DNA of 63,388 nt, the filler included, from Lenisia limosa (Eukaryota > Protista > Breviatea): NCBI GenBank assembly GCA_001655205.1. It is 13 parts of 13 records of this genome, joined end to end, with 100 filler letters (N's around TTAATTAATTAA, not from the genome) between each part and the next. Parts side by side here need not be neighbours in the genome. Positions count along the whole stretch, not along the records: positions 22,987 to 25,175 come from LPNZ01005522.1; positions 25,276 to 29,379 come from LPNZ01001823.1; positions 29,480 to 32,113 come from LPNZ01006869.1; positions 32,214 to 42,255 come from LPNZ01003745.1; 9 more parts are not named here. The stretch is one strand, 5' to 3'. Shown one piece after another: positions 24,901-37,052 of the stretch. Below the pieces are notes generated by a model. The model had not been told where the DNA came from. It saw only the letters and a list, made by a program, of their open reading frames with translations, and did no database searches. Position 1 is the first letter of the stretch. Every line of letters begins with the position of its first letter. A program made the translations under genes and the position numbers.

Positions 24901-26106
24901 TGAAATGATGGCGTGGGATATGTATCACAATATTGCTCTGATTGCAAACGCAAATAAGTTCTTTTTTGTTTTGTTGTTTTAGATTTGTTACACCCTCAAA
25001 TCTGCCTTTGACTCTCATATCATGTCCTAGTAATATCATATCCTAGTAATAGCATGTTTAATATACATGTACATCTATATATGATAGTATATGAGACTAT
25101 TATATATATGATAACACATATCACACCGTCCATATATCTGTGAATTTTCCTCTATCTGTGAATTTATTTGAACTANNNNNNNNNNNNNNNNNNNNNNNNN
25201 NNNNNNNNNNNNNNNNNNNTTAATTAATTAANNNNNNNNNNNNNNNNNNNNNNNNNNNNNNNNNNNNNNNNNNNNGGGGGTTCTATTATTTGAGAAGAGG
25301 AATGTTGAGGGATGCGGGTTATCTTATTGTATCCTATCAAACATCTCACAATCCCATCACTCTCCCCAAACATCAGTTTCAGTTGCTGTTTCCGTTGTAG
25401 TGTCCTAAGAAAATGGGTCAAATTGAGAGGGTGGAAAACACACATATGCTCGCGTCATTTGATCCGATAATATCCGATTATTTTCTATTTTTCAAATTTA
25501 GGAACACCTTTTACTGTTTTTAACAAAAGTTCATTCTTGGTTTTTTGTTTCCTAGTTATGGTATATTGTTGTGAAGAAAAAAATGGATTGTTCAATTTCC
25601 ACGCACCAAGTCGCTAAAGCGACATTTGGGAGAAGTATGCTCGAAAGGGGAGAGGTGTAATCTTCCCATCATTTACTTTACAATATAATGTTATAAACAT
25701 TTTATGATATTTCCGGATGCGACTAAAGTAAATAGGGGCTTTTATGACAAGATCAAGTTTTCACAGTGATCTTGTTCACTAAATAAGGAGCTTAATATGA
25801 ACCTTTTCGTGATTATATCATTGTATTGAAACATTAATATGTTAAACCAATCAATAAAAGGGGATTAGAACCAGCAGTTCTGCCCTAAAATAAGGAACAC
25901 AAAAAAGCGATAACTATCAAAATGAATCACTGATTGCTTTGCTCCATTTATCATGTTTTTACCTTTCCCCCATCTTTAACTCTGTCACGACCACGTATTC
26001 CCTTGCTGAAGCTACCTGAAGATCTGCAAAGGCGCAAAGAAGGCATTAAGCCTGTTCATTCTCTTGAAGCTATTTCTACAACTTTTTAAACTCCGCTGAG
26101 CGTAAT

Positions 26107-27660
26107 TTGGTTGTAAGAACTGACTGTGAAGCCTATCACAACCAAGCATACCTCCCAAATAGCCTCCTTCGCCTTTGTTACTCAGTTGTTGACTATGCAA
26201 GCGGATACTCCGTTTTAATCCCGGATAATGTACTGAGAAGGGGGTATCAGAGGTTTTGTCAAGACTCTAAAGCATCCATTCCCTTCCCACAGCCTCTTCT
26301 TCGAACCACAGAGTGATCAGAAGCGACTGGCCTGGGCGTTATTTGTTTTGTTGTTATCAACCCTCGTGCCNNNNNNNNNNAGGTTTTGTCAAGACTCTAA
26401 AGCCCCGTTGTACGAGCCCAGGCGACCAGGCCGTCCTGCTATCGATAAGAACACAATCAATGCTGCGACGCAAGTTGCCAAAGAAGCGAAGCAGGTTTGT
26501 AAAACTTGCTTATACCTTTATCTAAAAAACTTATGACTTGTTGTATGACCTTACTCTCTTCAGATCGGTGCTGTCTTATCAACGAATATAATACTTTAGA
26601 TCATCAATATGAAAGAATCTGATAGCCAAACCAACCAAGTCGTCACAGAGTTGGTGAAAGTCATCTTAGATGAATACCTTGGGAGCACACTTGAATTTGA
26701 AATGGAACCTTCTGCGATTTATTTTGCTGACGAAACTGCCTTCGGACCGCGCTTCATGAAAGACATGAAAGGAGAACGTATGGGCTAAGCAATCTCCTGC
26801 ACAACTGCTTGGAACTGGTATCGAAACGAGGCAGTCATGGACCGGATAACGTTGGCCTTGCCACTATGGATGGCGCCAGAATTCACGTTTCAGCTGAGGC
26901 ACGGTATTCTTTATTTCCATTTTCATCAATTATTATATTTTACTCCCAGGTTTGTGCACTTGCCTTGTATAAGCTCTTCCTACTCATCGTCATCGAGCCA
27001 TCAATTCACATCACACTTCCTCCAAGTAAGGATTATTGTATGTGATATTTATTTTAAATTCAAGCAACCTAGAGTAGAGACCAGTACCACCACGCGTATG
27101 TTAATAAAAAATTGCGATAAAAAAATTCAGTCCTTTCGCAAGAAGCATGGAATAAGTGAGTGGTGTGATAGTTATTGTATGTTCTTTGTAATCAGAGCAA
27201 CTTAACTCTTTTTATTTCCTCTCATCATTCAACACAATGACATTATTTTCTTTATTGTAATAGGGATGTCAAAGACGTGCATGTTGTGACCCTCATTTCT
27301 GAGTCCCNNNNNNNNNNTATCAACAAAGACATCTACGCACCTGGTCTTCCCTACCGTTACAACAAAATCAGCGGTCCATTCTTGAAGTCTCTTCTCCCAC
27401 ATCAATCTACATACCCCTCCTGGAACTGCATTCTTTACCCCTTCTTACATTGATCCATTCCCCACTTTCAAACCGAAGCCCACACCTGAGAAAATCATCA
27501 AGTTCCATACAAAGTTGAATGAAAGGCACTCAAAGGGCAATCTGCAGCACCAGTTTACAATGGTCAAGTCAACCAAGGAGCGAGTACAAAAGGATATTGG
27601 CAGCAATAGCCCATTCTATGAAGGGGCTGCCTCAATGGCTGTTCTTCTCTGTTGATGCCC
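26107..27660 (+). pseudogene. Decayed, intron-containing DDE transposase-like gene (Tc1/mariner-pogo, DDE_1-like)
   Basis: Motifs in the expected order: RRPGRP (26420-26437), IYFADETAFG (DET at 26729), LATMDGARIHVSAE (D at 26869) and IEPS/FTSHFLQ (~27000-27025, needing a 1-nt shift). A stop and frame change lie between the first two Asp motifs, and there is another frameshift in 27320-27655. Confidence 0.45.
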
Positions 27661-29494
27661 CCCCCCCCCTTCCGCCTTAAAGAATGTTCTCACTGCTTCA
27701 ACAATTTTGTGTGCCTCTTCTAATCACCAACAAGCAATACATGACTCCAAATCCATACATGATATTGTGTTAAATATGTGGTCATTTTTTTGAAATTTAT
27801 CTACTTATTTTTTATCAAAAGGGACCCTCATTGCGTTTTTAGTGAAAGAAAGTTGTTTGTTACTGCATATTCAATTATCTCGAACAAAACCAAGTAAAAA
27901 CACCTCTTTCTTTCTTTCTTTTTTGTCGAATAATCGGATATAATCGGAAAAAATGACGCTGCATATGATATAGATTTGTTTGATTGCTTTTGGGTCAGGT
28001 ATATCAGCCTAAAATAGATGGCAGGTTGGATAACCATGCTTACATTGGGGGTTGGGTTAGAGGTGGTGGCTGGGTTTGAGGACTGTTGGGATGTAGCAGC
28101 CGTCTAGACAGGATAAGAAAAAAACGTGGTTTTTGAGGAGGTTCGAAAAAAGACTGAATTTCTCGATCAATCACCGTCGGTCTTTTTCGAACCGAATTGA
28201 AGCTCAAGGTGATTGTCTTTATATTGTCTTCTAATTTTCGAGTGCATCACGAATTCTGATATTTACCGCAAATTCGAAAGGAAGTAAACAAATACTCCAA
28301 TAGTAATCACAATTATGACAACGTTTACGCAACTTAAGGGATTTCCATAACAATTATTGGGAAGGGCAATATTGTACAGCAAAATTGAACGAAAATGTGG
28401 GTAAAATAAAATCACTCTTGGGTGCGACTGATTTTTATTTGTACTAAAAACTAAAATATCTACTTTTACAGGAGATAGATAACAATAGTTGAAAATAATT
28501 ACAATTTTGTCAATCGCTCACACTTAAAACTATAACTTAATCGAAAAAATAAAATAATCAATTGCTCCCTAAAGTGCGCTTCCCCCTTCTTGAATAACCG
28601 CAAATCAATTAACTTTAAACTGACCTGGGTTGAGGCATTGGAGGGCTCCGGGATTGAGGGGGTGCTGGATGATGGGTTGTTGGAAGATGCAGGGGCTTGG
28701 TTTGAGGCTTCGCTGTTCGACCTGAAGTGGTAAGGTAAAAAAAACAAGGAAAAAAAGGGTAATGGAAACTAAATGAGACAATCAAAAACGTATTGCCCCC
28801 ATACGATGAAGAAGGGGCTGGAGGTCGGGTTGTATCATTACTTGAGTTTCCCTGTTGATGAGAAGGGGAAATAAGAACGAGGCTGAAAACACCGATATCA
28901 GAGTTTATTGAAATTGGCCCAATTATATATCATGAAGATACACGTTTGTATCTCTAAAAATAATTATTCAAGATATTATCTTTCAAAAATCTTGAAAGCC
29001 CTTGAATATTTCCACCTCCTTCTCGTAAACACTGGTAACATATCGTTTCGAGGATTTATCGATAAAATCGGTATTTTTTCAAACCGAAAAGATACCATGA
29101 ATTACCCCCCCACCTCTTGAGATTCCTGGGGCTGAGTAGGTGCAGTACCCTACATTGTAAATTTGATAGGTTTCGTGTAGTGAGTTGAAAAAACGAACGC
29201 GATAAGAAACTAATTATGCTTTCTGCTCCTTGAGATAAGATCAATAGAATATTCTGACTGCAAGAACTGACACGATTGCCAAAAGAAAATTTGTTTTTGT
29301 ACAAGAGAGATAATATACATACATTAGAAACCTAGGGGGGAAAAGCTCAATAACCTTCCACATCATCACGCTTATAAGANNNNNNNNNNNNNNNNNNNNN
29401 NNNNNNNNNNNNNNNNNNNNNNNTTAATTAATTAANNNNNNNNNNNNNNNNNNNNNNNNNNNNNNNNNNNNNNNNNNNNCCCCCCCCCCCCCCC

Positions 29495-31900
29495 AGGAGT
29501 CGGAATGCCGCCCGAGTTCTGCAAGCATTTCCGCTTTCCCCCCATCACCAGAGCCTTCACCATCCACAGCAAGGCCATTCACCATCATGCTTCCACCCCT
29601 GGTATGTGGGAATGATAGACACAAACTCATTGTGAAGGCCTCACTTTTGGTTCAAAAATGACTGAATTTCTCGATAAATCTTCGATGGATATCGATATTT
29701 AATGAGTCTTTTTCGAACCGAAGTGAAGCACTAATTGTGCTTCATATCATATATGGTTTGATATACTACCCCCCNNNNNNNNNNNNNNNNNNNNNNNNNN
29801 NNNNNNNNNNNNNNNNNNNNNNNNNNNNNNNNNNNNNNNNNNNNNNNNNNNNNNNNNNNNNNNNNNNNNNNNNNNNNNNNNNNNNNNNNNNNNNNNNNNN
29901 NNNNNNNNNNNNNNNNNNNNNNNNNNNNNNNNNNNNNNNNNGCCTGTTGTCCACCCAAGTTCGCAGGTTTTTTTCATTGGGCCATTCCTACAGTCCAAAA
30001 AAAGAGCGATAAAATATCGATGTTTACTGAGGGTGTATCGAGAAATTCAGTCGGGACCAGAGGAAGCCCTTTGCTTTATGCTGAACATACTCAATGCGCA
30101 TCAATTCGGATAAGTCCTGGATCAACGGTAAAGCTGACACTGTAGGGACTTTCGAACAACATGAACATGGGCAACCTCCCCGAAGATCAGGTATAGTGGG
30201 CTGAATTAGGGGCCTCAGGACTATTTCAATTACCACACAGTGGAAAGTTGTAAGGGACTAAGGAGAATAGTAACTCAGCTTTAATATAACATACACAGAT
30301 TACATCTTCACTTTCCTGATTTTGCCCCCCTCAAGTTCATTTCTCAGGTCGAGTTCCAAACTGTGCACCACATGCCCCCAAGCGCCTCAGAGGTGAGCCA
30401 GGTTTATCCGATATCTGTATTATGGATAGGGCTTCCCTGCGGTCCGAAAAAGACCGTTGAAATATTGAGAAATCGGGGATTTTATCGAGATATTCAGTCT
30501 TTTTGGGACCGTAGGGAAGCCCTAATTATGGGGNNNNNNNNNNNNNNNNNNNNNNNNNNNNNNNNNNNNNNNNNNNNNNNNNNNNNNNNNNNNNNNNNNN
30601 NNNNNNNNNNNNNNNNNNNNNNNNNNNNNNNNNNNNNNNNNNNNNNNNNNNNNNNNNNNAGCCGGCCTGCCCGACTCGTCGTTCCAAGTCACCGGTGGGT
30701 TTTATTGTGGCTTTTATGGTTTTATTGCGGGTTAATTGCGGCTTTATTGTGGTTTAGTTGCGGCTTTATTGTGGTTTTATTGGGTGGTGTTTACGCCAGC
30801 AGAGTTGATTTTGGGGTGTTTTGTTTCATAATTTTCAACCCCCCCATAACCGCGATTTTACTGGTCCAGACGAGGACGAGAACATGCCGACACTTCCGGA
30901 TGTCTTCCGGCCGGCAGCGAGGAGAATCCAGGGTGGGAGGCGCATATTGATGTTTACATTGGAGGTGCATTGATAAGGTTTTTTCAGGATTGATCTAAGC
31001 ATGGCTCATCCCCCAGGACTGATGTATATGCACGCGCACCTCTCGCGTCGCGTGATTCGTCTTGAGGAAAGCCTCGATGTTATGATCAAAGTTGGCGGCT
31101 TTGGCTTACTTGGACTGCCGGATAGATACTCAGGACCATATATCGTAAATTACCATAAACAGCTCTCACGCCCATAACATTTAGCATGAACCCTTCGGAT
31201 AAAACCTTCCTTTTGCCTTCGATAAATTGATAGTGCAATATTGCCCTCTTCCCCTTCCGTAGTACATATCATATGTATATATTGAAGGAATTGAGTGTTT
31301 CATTATCCCCATTCTTGTGATGAAAATAGAGTTAATCCCCCCCCCNNNNNNNNNNNNNNNNNNNNNNNNNNNNNNNNNNNNNNNNNNNNNNNNNNNNNNN
31401 NNNNNNNNNNNNNNNNNNNNNNNNNNNNNNNTATTACATTTTCTAATTTTACTCCCCCCTCCCCAGACCCGCGATCAGGACCGGGCTATGATTGAGCAGC
31501 TTCACGAGGAAATGACGTTCCTCATCACCTCCAAGGCCGAACGCCACCATCGCCGCCGCAAGAAGGTTGGTCCTGACTTATCCGATCCCAGCCAAACTAA
31601 ACTGAAATGAACAGCATGGTTCAGTTCAGTTCGGTTCGGTTTTGTTTGGTTTAGTTTAAGTTCAACTCCTTTATTGTTCTTCTCCTCTTCGTTGTAATTA
31701 ATAAGTACTTCTGATAGTCACGAGCATTGTTATTCAGAAATCCCCTGAGTCACTATTTATTGTTTAGTCATGGGCTGTGTCTCACCAATACTTAGATCAA
31801 AAGAGTCATCAAGAGCGCAGTCCCACACCACGCTCCCACCATCCCCATTTCCTCAGGTTTGGGGGCACCACGTTGTTTAGATAATGCTAAGTTGTTATCG
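29495..31900 (+). CDS. Unknown multi-exon gene fragment
   Basis: In-frame GT-AG exons GLSNNMNMGNLPEDQ|VEFQTVHHMPPSASE, DEDENMPTLPDVFRPAARRIQ|GLMYMHAHLSRRVIRLEESLDVMIK|TRDQDRAMIEQLHEEMTFLITSKAERHHRRRKK. Confidence 0.45.
30427..30524. mobile_element. MITE family A, subfamily A2
   Basis: tagggcttccctgcggtcc...gggaccgtagggaagcccta. TSD attatgga / attatggg matches 7/8. Confidence 0.88.
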
Positions 31901-33064
31901 CCCTAATCTATAGTATTCTCTTAATATTCATTAATTGCAACAATAAAAAGAGGGCTGACTTACTCCATGGACAGTACTAAGGACCGAGGGGAATAAGTTC
32001 TTAGGACCGAGGGGAATAATGACTGAGCTTTTTTATAACAAACAGTACAATACTCATTCGTTACTTAACTCATTTTGTCACATAGACTTGCCACATATTA
32101 GGAGCACTTTTAANNNNNNNNNNNNNNNNNNNNNNNNNNNNNNNNNNNNNNNNNNNNTTAATTAATTAANNNNNNNNNNNNNNNNNNNNNNNNNNNNNNN
32201 NNNNNNNNNNNNNTACTCGTTTCACCCCCTTCCCTGGTTGGTTTTAGACCTATTTAATATCCGTTCGATGATAACATACACATGGGATCCTCGCATCATA
32301 TAAAGAGATACCGATGATGAGCATTGGAAAACGATGTTATTGCGATAGTATATACCAATATGTCATCACTGTCCGATAAGCTCCGATAAGATGGCATCAA
32401 TAGCTGATAAGATGTCCACCAGTATCCGATAAGATAGCCATCGATATCCGATGACCCTCATATGTCATGATGTCGACACGCTGTAGTGATGTTGGAATAA
32501 CCTCAATTCAAAATGAACAGTATTATAACCATACATCTATTTTCTTTAATAAGCGTGATGGTGTACACTGCTTCGGTCAGATACAACCTTTTTTATTTCT
32601 CATTGCTGTATATATTTTAGTATGATTATTATATTACACTCATTATTCTTCTCCGCCATTTAATACCAAATAATCTAAACTTTAATTGACCTTCTTTGCA
32701 GGAATCAGCTGCAGATCTAGTCGCAGTACCAAGGAGTCCCTCCCCTCCTTAGCTCATTTCATGTTAAGATAATCTCAGAAAGTAAAAGGATATGGGAGTG
32801 TTTGGTGCGATTATAAAATAATACATTTACTACTTAAAGTTAAGCTTAACTTTCGGTTCCAAAAGACGGTAAAATTGGAGATATTTAGGAAGATTTATTG
32901 ATAATTCAATCATATTTGAAACCGCAAATAGTTATTCTGTCATACTACAAATGCATGCCCCAAATAAAGGATCTACTTACCCCTTGACTTTACTTTTAAG
33001 TGATGGTGCACCGATCTCCTTCATGAACAGTTAAAACAATAGTCCAATTCAAGTTGATCTCTTA

Positions 33065-33900
33065 TTATGAATACGGCTTCACTCTGGAACGAAAAATATT
33101 CATGGAGTCAATTGTTGCACCTTTTGAAACGAGCTTCTGGGCCATTTTGTCATGGCCATGGTCAATAGCTACCTGGACCAAGGTTTTGCCTTCCTTAAAA
33201 ATGAAGATGTATGACTTATTATAAAAAGTCTTAATCTCTCGATAAATCATCGATAAATATTGATATTTTTCTGTTCTTTTTCGGACTGTGGTTTTCAGAA
33301 GATGGTACACATTCCGCATTCCCAGGGGAATTAGGTTACCTTTTCCGTCTTAGCAGCTTTTTTTTTCAGTTGTTCCGCGCTGCGTGTGCCCCATGGGTTC
33401 TGTGGGTCTCTCTCCTTCTGAAATGGTCAGATGGATAGGATTCGCTATCACAGTGTTGGGGGGGGGGTCCCTCTCCTTCTGAATATATTCACTGCAAGGG
33501 GAAAGGAAAGTGCTGGCATCGGCTCCAAAAGCCTTACCGGAGAGGAGGCGGAAGAGGGCTTCAGGGAATTAGCCTCTGGGAGGGGGGATTGCGGCTTGTT
33601 GATTGTCCTGATCATGGATTCGGAAACTTCATTGGCTGGGCGAGGCACAAACTGAACCATTTAATGGGAAGCATATGATTACAATTTTGTAGCTTTAAAA
33701 CTCCAAGAAAACGACAACTCTAATGAATTCGCCGTAGTGCTGTATAAGAGAACACGACATGCTGCAACTAGACTCAAGTTGACTCCCAACCTGTTGTTGG
33801 GGGTGCATCATATGCGGCGGAATAGGCTGCATAGGAGGCATTTGCTGGGGATGAAGGACCTTCATTAGACTCATTGTTGCTGGCCTTGAAGGTGAAGGGG
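33065..33900 (-). CDS. Ankyrin-repeat-containing gene fragment
   Basis: Exon GKTLVQVAIDHGHDKMAQKLVSKGATID fits the ankyrin consensus (G.T.L..A...G..e.v..Ll..GAdi). Upstream exons are Ser/Pro-rich. Confidence 0.5.
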
Positions 33901-34629
33901 GACATAAATCTAATAAAAGGAAAATGTCGTGAAATTCCCCTATCTCTCAACCCATCCTACATTGAGAAACCATCGGCAATAAAACCGTCAACAGAGGCCA
34001 AATAAAGGTAAGGCGTCATCATAGACACATCACTTCTCCTCCTTGGATAGTGGCCAGGGTCGAAACCGAGTTTCGCAAGGTAGGTCGCAACCGTCTCCCC
34101 TAGGTTTTATAAGAACTTTACAGATATTTCAGCGCAGGATACCCTCAAGCATAGCTTCTGTGAAGTGGTGTATGGCTTTTTGAAAAACTGTTTATCTCTA
34201 AACAAGCGATCTCCAGTTTAATTAATTAATTATGCTTGATCGATGCTTGACTTTCACAAGGTTCACAAGCTCCAAAACAGGAACAAAACAGGAACAAAAC
34301 AGGAATTTGGGGAATTTAAATAGTATATAAACCCCCCCATACATTCTTTTGTTTCCAAAACAGGCTCTCTTTCATTCTGGTTGCATATGTTGTCTCTGAG
34401 ACAATGATTGAATAACACAGTGACTATACCGGAACTAAGGATGCACCCATCTGTCGACGATTTTCGCCAAATAATGCAATTCTGTCACTTCCTTTTTCGA
34501 CAACCTGTTGACTTGCCTTAAAAGTAAGCTTAATTTCAACTCATCAATTCAACTCGTTTTTTCCCCTTTTTATTTGTTTTTACTTTATTCCCTGTCTGTC
34601 TTGATACTAGTTGTTCCTTGTTTGAAAAT

Positions 34630-36836
34630 ATGCCAGCAGAAACCCTCCCCCACGTCAACCAGCCTCATCCCGAGTTTGTACATTACTTACTGCATTAGCC
34701 TCACCTTTCAGGATATACTCCTCTGTGCTGGACCTTGTTGGTAACACGCCCTGCATCCAGCTTAACCAGCTGACGAAGGAGAATGGAGTCTCCGCACAAG
34801 TCGGTAAGCTTGTTGTGTATTTGGCTTGGCGTCTGCCGAGACCGCCCGCCTCTGAAAGGGTTTTTGAGTTGTGCTGGTTAATATCTGTAAAGATTGATCA
34901 TATGAGTATGTGTATCGCATATTTTGAAAGTTGTTTTTTTTTTTATCATCTTCGCTCCCCTTCTCTTTTGTGTTTGTGTGTTTTTTTGAGGTTTGATACT
35001 GCTACGCCAATAGCATTATGGGTAAAATTACCCCCCTCTATGACACTGATTTTGCAGTTGCCAAATGTGAGTTTTTCAACGCGAGCGGAAGTGTCAAGGA
35101 CCGGACAGCCCACGCCCTGGTCGTTGCCGGAGAGGACTCTGGCATTCTCAAGCCGGGTGACACCATCGTGGAGCCAAGTTCCGGCAATACTGGTGCGTGA
35201 AGGCGAGATGTGGAACTACCTGATGATGTTACCTCAGTGTTGAGAGGACAATTGGAAATTAATCGTTTTAGGAATCGCACTTTCAATGATTTCGGCTGTC
35301 AAAGGATACAAAACAGTGATTACTATGGTGAGTTGGTCATTTTTTACTGCTTGCACCAGTTCAACTGGGCCAAGTGTGTTTTAACCTGCACAGCCTGAGA
35401 AGATGTCCCGTGAACGTGAAGTGATAATGAAGTCTCTCGGGGCTGAAGTCATTCGCACTCCGAATTCCGCTGCCCACACCAGCTCGGTATGGGGGGGGGG
35501 GGGTTCTNNNNNNNNNNNNNNNNNNNNNNNNNNNNNNNNNNNNNNNNNNNNNNNNNNNNNNNNNNNNNNNNNNNNNNNNNNNNNNNNNNCTGTTTGTGAT
35601 TGTTTCTTAACGCCAGTATTCGTAATTGCAGTAGCTATCTTGATTTTTATATTTACCCCTCAGGAGTCTCACATTGGCGTTGCAGCCGGAATTGACCGAG
35701 ACCGCCATGATGCTCATATGCTCAATCAGGTTAGTGTCATGTAGCTTGCTCATTCTACATTTAACATGAGGGTTCTGATGGGCTTTTTCATTATGGCTTT
35801 ACTTTATCTCTCACTTTTTATTACTTTTTGCAAGTCTTACCCACGCAGTATGTCAACAAAGCAAACCCCAACTTCCATTATGCGCAAACCGCTGAGGAAA
35901 TCTATCGACAATGCCATGGAAAGGTACACTGTGCATTTATGCATGTACATCATGCTTGATATTTGTATTAACAACCAGGTTGATGCTGTTGTCATTGCGG
36001 CCGGAACTGGAGGCACTTTATCTGGTGAGCTTTACCGCATGTGTTAGTGAACTTTCAAAGTTGCAATCCTCTTCCATGATGTACCGGGTATTTTGTGATT
36101 TGTCAAGGAGTCGGTCGTCGCCTCAAAGAATTGATCCCCACCGTGCGTGTCGTAGGTGTTGATCCCGTCGGCTCTATTCAGGTGGGTTGCCTTTTGGCAG
36201 TTTTGTTCAAACATTCGGATTACTCCTAACGGTTTAGGCAGGGGGCACCAAGGCCGACGCCCGACCCTTCCTTGTTGAAGGCATTGGTGGGTGGCCGGAT
36301 GCATCAGTGTGTGTTTTGAGATTTCAGTGGTTGCTTTGTTAACGATCCTCCAGGTCATGACTTCATCCCCGAAAACCTGGATACCAGCGTTGTTGATGAA
36401 TGGATCAAGGTTAGTGGGTGCCAGTAGGAAATGTCTGACTTTTTCAGGTTTCTGATGGCAACACCTTCCAAACTGCTCGAAAGCTGATTCGTCGTGAGGG
36501 CCTCCTTGTCGGTATATGGGGCTTTTGTGTCTGCCCAAATGCTTTTGATAATAGAGGACTGATAAAATTATGTGTTCATATTGACTCCGTGAGGTGGCTC
36601 CTCTGGCAGTGCCGCGTGGGCCGCGTTGCAGGTGGCCAAGACAATGCCGTCTACAGCTAGAGTGGTCGTGAGTGGGAATGCACCGTGCGTTTCATCTGCC
36701 ATCTGATGATTAATGACATTCATTCCTAACGCTTCTCCAGGTTATTCTTCCTGATGGCGTGCGAAACTACCTTTCTCGCTTTGTTGATGACGATTGGATG
36801 GTCGCGAGAGGTCTTGGCGACTTTATGGAGGTCTAA
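34630..36836 (+). CDS. CBS: Cystathionine beta-synthase, catalytic core only, 13 exons
   Basis: Spliced motifs [21 protein letters not shown] (PLP lysine), [74 protein letters not shown] and [19 protein letters not shown]. The last motif is typical of CBS rather than CysK. Stop at 36834-36836. Confidence 0.88.
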
Positions 36837-37052
36837 GCTTGGTCGAGCCTTTGTCATTTTGTCATGTTATTATTTATGAATGTTTGCAATGTATTGTTAG
36901 TTTCCCCTGTTGGTGTAGTAATACAGTACATCATCCAAATAAGAAAGTTAACTTCAGAGGCGCCCACACTCAAGGCTACAACTAAAAGAGATTAGCGGTA
37001 TTTCCTCAAAGATCTCAAAAAGCAGCAAAACAAAATATTGAATGAAGCCCAC

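Noticed and set aside
31592-31650. Imperfect hairpin of aaactg/ttcag pentamers
   Set aside because: Low-complexity single occurrence with no TSD or second copy.
34218-34232. Natural ttaattaattaatt run
   Set aside because: It has no flanking Ns, so it is ordinary AT-rich sequence and not a linker.
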